Positions 63,223 to 64,000 of a stretch of DNA of 64,000 nucleotides are shown here, piece by piece. This DNA is from Eledone cirrhosa (taxonomy: Eukaryota). Position 1 is the first letter of the stretch, and the number at the start of each line of letters is the position of its first letter. Below the pieces are notes generated by a model that was not told the origin of the DNA, ran no database searches, and saw only the letters and a list, made by a program, of their open reading frames with translations. The DNA is taken from NCBI GenBank assembly GCA_964016885.1, contig OZ024756.1, positions 13,764,001 to 13,828,000 on the forward strand, read 5' to 3'. The position numbers and the translations under genes are program-made.

Positions 63223-64000
63223 TATATATATATTTCCTTGTTTACCTTTTATCTTTTCGTTTTCTGTCTTCAAATTATGTTTTTTAAAGTTTTCTTTATT
63301 CGTACCCCTAAATAGGATTTCACCTACGTTTTTCTTTCGTCTTTTTATGCTTATATAAATTTCTCTCTTTCTTACTATCTTTACTGCTTACTCTCTCTCT
63401 CTCTCCTTCCCTTTCTCCTCGTTATTTTTTCTCTCTCCCTCTCTCCTTTCACCTCTCCCACCAACTCGCCATCTACCTCTTTGTCTCCCACTTACTTTTT
63501 CTCTCTCCCTCTCTCTGTCTCCCACTTCCTCTTTCTCTCTCACTCTCTCTCTTCATCTCTTCCTTTCTCCTTCTCCATCTCCCTCTGCCCCTTACCTTCG
63601 CCCCTCCTCTCTCAATCTCCCTCTTTCCTTTCCCTCCCTCTCTCTCTCTCTCTTCATCTCTCTCTTTTTTTTCTTTTTTTTTTACTATAGAAATCTGAAT
63701 GAGGTCGTTCCGCCTGCTAGAAACACCAGTCAAACTCGCTCCGATCACATCGCCACCGCGGTTCAATAATGTGGTCCTCGGATATATGGAGAAGACGAAA
63801 TGGTCATGGATGGACAGCCTTTGATGATATTAATGAGAGGTCTACTCGATCAGGGCTAATCCTGGGCTAAACAGTAACACACACCTCTCTTCCCCTTCTC
63901 CTTCTCCCCCTCTTCATAATCATCATCAACAACGCCACTGTCACCACCATACAGCTTCCACCACCACCACTACCACCATCATCGTCATCGCCACTATCAT

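Noticed and set aside
63691-63880. Possible exon after a long polypyrimidine tract
   Set aside because: No recognisable protein or clear donor; the CT tract is low-complexity and the segment looks like a repeat tail

Overview
AT-rich, repeat-dominated animal genomic DNA. The SINE/LINE repertoire suggests a cephalopod such as octopus, but this is an inference. Two spliced host genes can be reconstructed on the + strand. The first is the last three coding exons of a protein ending in three 4-Cys chitin-binding type-2-like domains (3290-9158). The second is a complete two-exon TEN1 (telomeric CST subunit) gene (32121-43628) with an 11-kb intron. The rest is micro/minisatellites, one 200-N gap, tRNA-derived SINEs, decayed retrotransposons (Penelope-like, RTE, CRE-like, CR1/L2-like) and MITEs (hAT, piggyBac-type, Helentron/DINE-like). 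The most notable signal is a dense set of minimal type-I hammerhead ribozyme motifs from several sequence families. They include an apparently identical 310-bp head-to-tail array (retrozyme/pLTR-like, 14891-15935) and several fold-back cassettes next to (TA)n tracts. A ~118-nt hairpin family is also amplified four times downstream of the TEN1 stop codon. Most long ORFs in the supplied track are satellite artefacts.
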